From assembly GCA_041611735.1 (NCBI GenBank), contig JBFIML010000026.1:1-60240 (forward strand): DNA of 60,240 nucleotides, in the 5' to 3' direction. Below are positions 56,177 through 60,240 of the stretch, piece by piece; within the stretch, counting starts at the first letter, position 1; the number at the start of each line of letters is the position of its first letter. This stretch comes from Myxococcota bacterium. GTDB taxonomy: Bacteria; Myxococcota_A; UBA9160; PR03. The notes below the pieces were generated by a model. That model saw only the letters and a list, made by a program, of their open reading frames with translations. It searched no databases and was not told the origin of the DNA. Made by a program: the position numbers and the translations under genes.

Positions 56177-57342
56177 GCCCGCAGCACCAGGCCCGAGAGG
56201 TAACGGCCCTCGGGATGATCGATCGAGACGGGATGGTCGGCGGCGGCGCCGAGCTCGCGCAGGACTTGGAGCGGACGCCCGGCGTCCAGGGCGGCACCGA
56301 AGACGATCTTGCGCAGCAGGTCCGCGCCGATGTGGTGGGAGCAGGTGAAGGCGAACACGAGCGCGCCCGGATCGGCGCGCCGCAGGGCGAACAGCAGCAC
56401 GTCCTTGGCGGCGCGGGCCGCGCGGGGCACGTCGGCGCGCCGACGCGCGAGCGGCGGCGGATCCACCACCAGCAGGTCGAAACGATCGCCTGGCGTGCGC
56501 ACGAAACGGAAGGCGTCGCCCCCGACGAGGCGCAGGGGAACGGTGTCCGCCCAGGGCTCCAGGTTGCGCTCCGCCAGGCGCAGGGCCTCGGCAGACGATT
56601 CCACCAGCGTCAGAGCCCGGGCTCCGCCCCGTGCCGCCGCCGCCGCGAAGGCTCCGGTATAGGAGAAGAGGTCGAGCACGCGGCGTCCGGCGGCGAGGTT
56701 CTCCACCAGGTCTCGGGCGTCGCGCTGGTCGAGATAGAAGCCCGTCTTCTGGCCGTGCTCCAGGTCCACCCAGTAGACGCGTTCGCGCTCTCGGATCGCG
56801 AACGGGGCGCTGGGGGCCTCGCCCCAGAGCGGACCCTGGCGGGCCGCGAAGCCCTCCCGGCGTGCCGCCGGCGCGTCGGCCCGTTCGAAGCCATGGGCCG
56901 CACCGCTCGCCCCCCGCAGCGCCCGGACCACTAGCTCGCGCCGCGCGCTCATGCCGGCCGTGGAGAGCCGCAACACCAGCGCGTCCCCATAGCGGTCCGC
57001 CACCAGCCCGGGCAGGCCGTCACCCTCGGCATTCACCAGGCGCACGGCGTCGGTGGGGCCGATCAGGGGATCTCCGGCGCGGCGTGCCACCGAGGCCGCC
57101 ACGCTCGCGGCCAGGGCGTCGTCATCGAAGGAATCCTTTCCGAAGCCGAGCAGGCGCACGCGGATCTGGGAACGCGGCGAGTAGTGGCCGACACCAAGGG
57201 GTTCGCCGTCGGCGGAGAGCACGCGCACCCAGGCGCCGGGCTGCGGGTCGCCTTCGACCCGCGCCACGCTTCCCGACAGCACCCAGGGGTGCCGCCGCCG
57301 CACCGAGCGGTCCCGTTCCGGGGTGAGCACCACGTCCGCCAT
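56173..57342 (-). CDS. RlmI-like class I SAM-dependent rRNA methyltransferase
   Basis: PUA-like HPWV, EGDGLPGL, GQKTGFYLDQR, VLDLFSYTG, DPP, YL. Confidence 0.88.
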   Translation of the reverse strand: MADVVLTPERDRSVRRRHPWVLSGSVARVEGDPQPGAWVRVLSADGEPLGVGHYSPRSQIRVRLLGFGKDSFDDDALAASVAASVARRAGDPLIGPTDAVRLVNAEGDGLPGLVADRYGDALVLRLSTAGMSARRELVVRALRGASGAAHGFERADAPAARREGFAARQGPLWGEAPSAPFAIRERERVYWVDLEHGQKTGFYLDQRDARDLVENLAAGRRVLDLFSYTGAFAAAAARGGARALTLVESSAEALRLAERNLEPWADTVPLRLVGGDAFRFVRTPGDRFDLLVVDPPPLARRRADVPRAARAAKDVLLFALRRADPGALVFAFTCSHHIGADLLRKIVFGAALDAGRPLQVLRELGAAADHPVSIDHPEGRYLSGLVLRA

Positions 57343-57428
57343 GCCGGGACGATGGATCATCCGCCGGGGACCGTCCAGCAAGGGCCCTGTGGTGCCCGGC
57401 TGTGGGATAATCGGCTCCGGAGGCCGGC

Positions 57429-58148
57429 ATGGAGCTGCGGGTCGGGACGAGCGGCTACAGCTACGACGAGTGGAAGGGTTCCTTCTATCCGGATTCGCTT
57501 CCCGCCCGGGAGCGCCTGACCTTCTACGGGCGCCGGCTGCCCGCGGTGGAGATCAACAACACCTTCTATCGGCTTCCGCAGGCGAGCGTGCTCGAGTCCT
57601 GGGCGGAGCAGGTGCCCACGGCGTTCCGCTTCGTGCTCAAGGCATCACGGCGCATCACGCATCTCAAGCGGCTGCGCGGCGTGGAGGACGAGACGGGTTA
57701 CCTGCTGCGCACGGCGGAGACACTCGGCGAGCGGCTCGGCGCCCTGCTGTTCCAGCTTCCCCCCAACCTGAAGTGCGACCTCGGGCGCCTCGACGCATTC
57801 CTGGGCCTGCTCCCGGCCGGGGCGCGCGCCGCCTTCGAGTTCCGCCATCCATCCTGGATGGAGGAGCCGGTCTTCGAGCGCCTGCGCGCCCGCGACCTGG
57901 CCCTGGTGGGGGTGGACGCGGACGAGGCGGCGCCGCCCGAACTCGTCGACACGGCGAGCTGGGGCTACCTGCGCCTGCGGCGCTCCGACTACGAACCGCG
58001 GGATCTCGCCGCGTGGGCGACCCAGGTGCGCGCCCGGCCCTGGCGCGAGGTCTACGTCTTCTTCAAGCACGAGCAGGCCGGGGCGGGCCCGCGCCTGGCC
58101 GCGGCCTTCCTCGAGCTGGCGGGCGGGCGCCCCACCAAGCGCCGCTAG
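57429..58148 (+). CDS. DUF72 (YecE-like) protein
   Basis: GTSGYSY..W...FYP, VEINNTFY, LFQLPP, EFRH.SW, YLRL. Confidence 0.9.
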   Translation: MELRVGTSGYSYDEWKGSFYPDSLPARERLTFYGRRLPAVEINNTFYRLPQASVLESWAEQVPTAFRFVLKASRRITHLKRLRGVEDETGYLLRTAETLGERLGALLFQLPPNLKCDLGRLDAFLGLLPAGARAAFEFRHPSWMEEPVFERLRARDLALVGVDADEAAPPELVDTASWGYLRLRRSDYEPRDLAAWATQVRARPWREVYVFFKHEQAGAGPRLAAAFLELAGGRPTKRR

Positions 58149-58543
58149 TCATCCAGGGCGAAGCGCACGGGAACCTCGAGGCGACCGTGCACCCAGGGAA
58201 GCGGAGCCGCCCGGCGCACGCAGCGCTCCGCAGCGCGGTCGAGCAGCCAGTGACCCGAGGAGCCGGCCACCCGCACGCCCGCGGCCTCCCCGTCGCGGCG
58301 AACCTCGAACTGGATGCGGGTGGTTCCCTCGAGGCCCCGCGACCGCGCCAGGGACGGATACTCGAGGACCCGCTGGATGCGGCGCCGGATCTCCGCCAGC
58401 CGCGCCTCCACGCTCGGACCCCGGGCCACCGCATCGATGGGCTCCACCTCCGCCCGCACCGCCCGCGGCTCGGCGTGCGCGCCGGCCGTGAAGAGCGCCG
58501 CCAGCAAGGCGCCGGCCAGGATCCGCCCCGCCCGCCGTCTCAA
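58145..58543 (-). CDS. Short TonB C-terminal domain protein
   Basis: YPSLARSRGLEG, SSG..LLDRAA, VPVRFAL; TTG overlapping the receptor stop (start uncertain). Confidence 0.75.
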   Translation of the reverse strand: MRRRAGRILAGALLAALFTAGAHAEPRAVRAEVEPIDAVARGPSVEARLAEIRRRIQRVLEYPSLARSRGLEGTTRIQFEVRRDGEAAGVRVAGSSGHWLLDRAAERCVRRAAPLPWVHGRLEVPVRFALDD

Positions 58544-60240
58544 CGCTTCCACGTCACCGAGACCCCCGCCTCGTAGGTGCGATCCGCAGCCGGATTGAAG
58601 CCGAACACGCCGCGCGAGAAGGTGCCCTCGCCGGCAACCTCCGTGTACTTGCGGTCCAGGAGGTTGCGGACACGGAACAGGAACGCGAGCTCCACGTGCG
58701 CCCCGAGCGAAGGGCGGAAGGCGGCGTGGGCATCCCAGGTGGCGTACTTGCCCTCCCGGAAGAACTCGTTGCGCAGATCGTTGGCCACGAAACGGCTGCC
58801 CACCAGGTTTCCGTTCAAGCCGGCTTCCAGCGCCCAGGGAAGCTCTACACGGACGCCGACGCTGCCCCGGTGGCGCGGGGTCAGCGGGATGCGCTTGCCA
58901 TCCAGGCCAGTCAGGGAGTCCTGCTGGATGCGCGCATCGTCCAGGGTGTAGCTTCCGTAGAGATCGAGCCAGTCCAGGGGACGCACGCTCCAGGACGCCT
59001 CGAGACCGCGGTGCCGCACGCGGTCCAGGTTCACGTTCTGCGGGCTCGGGAAGCCGAAGGCGTCGATCTCGTGGTCGAACAGGATCTCGTCCTTCACGAC
59101 CATGTGGTAGACGGCCAGGTTCACCGCCACGCGATCGCTGCGCAGCTTGAGTCCGGCCTCGTAGGAGGTGGAGCGTTCCGGTCGAAGCTCCGGAGTGAAG
59201 CCGAAGAACCCGAAGGTCTCGTCGAAGTTCGGGAAGCGGACGCCGCGGGCGAAGGACGCGTACACCGAGACCGGTTGCCCGACCCGCCAGGTGACCGCCG
59301 CCTTGGGACTCCAGCGCTGGAAGGTGGAGTGGAACTGCCGGGTCGGCCCGGGCACCCGGGCGCGCGCCTGGTAGCGCGCGTGATCGAAGCGCAGCCCGGC
59401 CGACAGCAGCACGGACTCCGTCAGGCTGAACTCCTCCTGGAGGAAGCCCCCGTACAGGCGCCGGTGGGCGTCGGTCTCGTCCGGGAAGACCGTGGTGGCC
59501 GGGGGCGGCGGGTCGAGGTTCGTCTGCGCGAAGACGCTGTGGCGTTCCACCTCCTCCCGGAGCCAGTCGAAGCCCACGAGCAGCCGGTTGCGCCGCCCCG
59601 CGACCGGGAGGTCGATGCTCAGCTGCGCATTCACTCCCGTGGCGTCGGTCTCCGTCTCGGCCAGGAAATCGGTGACGACGAAGGGATCCTCGGTCTGGAC
59701 GCGCGCGTCGTCGTTGCGCAGGCGCTGGAAGGGTCGCACCTCGAGCACGACGTCCTCCGCGAGCACCGCTTCGAGCAGGCCCTGCACCCATCGCACGCGC
59801 GCGGCATTCCGATTCGCATCCGTGGCGGGATCCGCTCCGTCGCGGCCGAACCGCTCGATCTCCTCGCGGTCGAGCACCCCGGGGCGGTTGCGGTCGTCGC
59901 TGGTGTAGCCGCCCGCCAGCTCCAGGGCGAGGCGCTCCCCCACGTCCCAGCGCAGCTTCCCGTCCGCGTGACGCGCCCGGTAGTCGCTGCGGTCGCGAAA
60001 GCCATCGGTGCCGAAGCGATCCAGGAAGACCATGGCGCCCACCGGGCCGTGGCTGCCGCTGGCCAGCAGGCTTCCGCCGTCCCAGTCGTCGCTTCCGGTC
60101 CTTCCGCGCAGCGTGAATCGGGGTGGCCCCTCGGCGGGCCGCGTGAAGATCTGGATCACGCCGCCCACGGCGTTGTCGCCCCACACGGCGCTGGCGGGGC
60201 CGCGCACGATCTCGATGCGCTCGACGCGGTCGAGCTGCAC
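58540..60240 (-). CDS. TonB-dependent receptor (N-terminus outside the window)
   Basis: Plug end ERIEIVRGP.SA.WG.NA.GGVI, LRPERS..YE.G, NLLDRKY, terminal beta strand VSVTW. Confidence 0.93.
   Translation of the reverse strand: MQLDRVERIEIVRGPASAVWGDNAVGGVIQIFTRPAEGPPRFTLRGRTGSDDWDGGSLLASGSHGPVGAMVFLDRFGTDGFRDRSDYRARHADGKLRWDVGERLALELAGGYTSDDRNRPGVLDREEIERFGRDGADPATDANRNAARVRWVQGLLEAVLAEDVVLEVRPFQRLRNDDARVQTEDPFVVTDFLAETETDATGVNAQLSIDLPVAGRRNRLLVGFDWLREEVERHSVFAQTNLDPPPPATTVFPDETDAHRRLYGGFLQEEFSLTESVLLSAGLRFDHARYQARARVPGPTRQFHSTFQRWSPKAAVTWRVGQPVSVYASFARGVRFPNFDETFGFFGFTPELRPERSTSYEAGLKLRSDRVAVNLAVYHMVVKDEILFDHEIDAFGFPSPQNVNLDRVRHRGLEASWSVRPLDWLDLYGSYTLDDARIQQDSLTGLDGKRIPLTPRHRGSVGVRVELPWALEAGLNGNLVGSRFVANDLRNEFFREGKYATWDAHAAFRPSLGAHVELAFLFRVRNLLDRKYTEVAGEGTFSRGVFGFNPAADRTYEAGVSVTWKR

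Noticed and set aside
1-60240. Many long alternative-frame ORFs (e.g. 9421..13320, 28263..31490, 3672..6665, 43398..45956)
   Set aside because: Arg/Pro/Gly/Ala-rich shadow ORFs overlapping well-supported genes, expected at high GC. Some listed ORFs contain a real gene only in their 3' part, and I trimmed those.

Overview
Very GC-rich (visually above 70%), gene-dense bacterial chromosome segment from a diderm organism (TonB receptor, RND pump, PEP-CTERM protein). Gene content suggests a Myxococcota/deltaproteobacteria-like lineage (inference). It holds about 55 CDS, mostly housekeeping or metabolic (metF, purN, gloA, tkt, leuCD, uppP, thrH, malic enzyme, two hsp20, rlmI-like), plus RNase P RNA (rnpB) and a tRNA-Pro(TGG). 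I found no CRISPR array, integrase or transposase. Highlights: (1) a split mutasome (imuA-imuB ... dinB ... dnaE2) whose two promoters share an AT-rich 21-bp element (18/21 identical, core CGAA-N7-CGAA) between -35 and -10, a candidate SOS-type operator unlike the LexA boxes I know; (2) an ECF sigma and double-zinc-finger anti-sigma pair, with a GATCCG-N15/16-AGACCT motif before the anti-sigma and before a divergent RnfD/UnbU-like + DUF2330 operon, a candidate envelope-redox module; (3) a 28-bp repeat inserted twice in frame in imuA; (4) a sensor-less pseudo-histidine kinase with an operator-like palindrome; (5) pervasive leaderless-type gene starts. All product calls come from motif reading only, without database searches, and several start codons are my reassignments.
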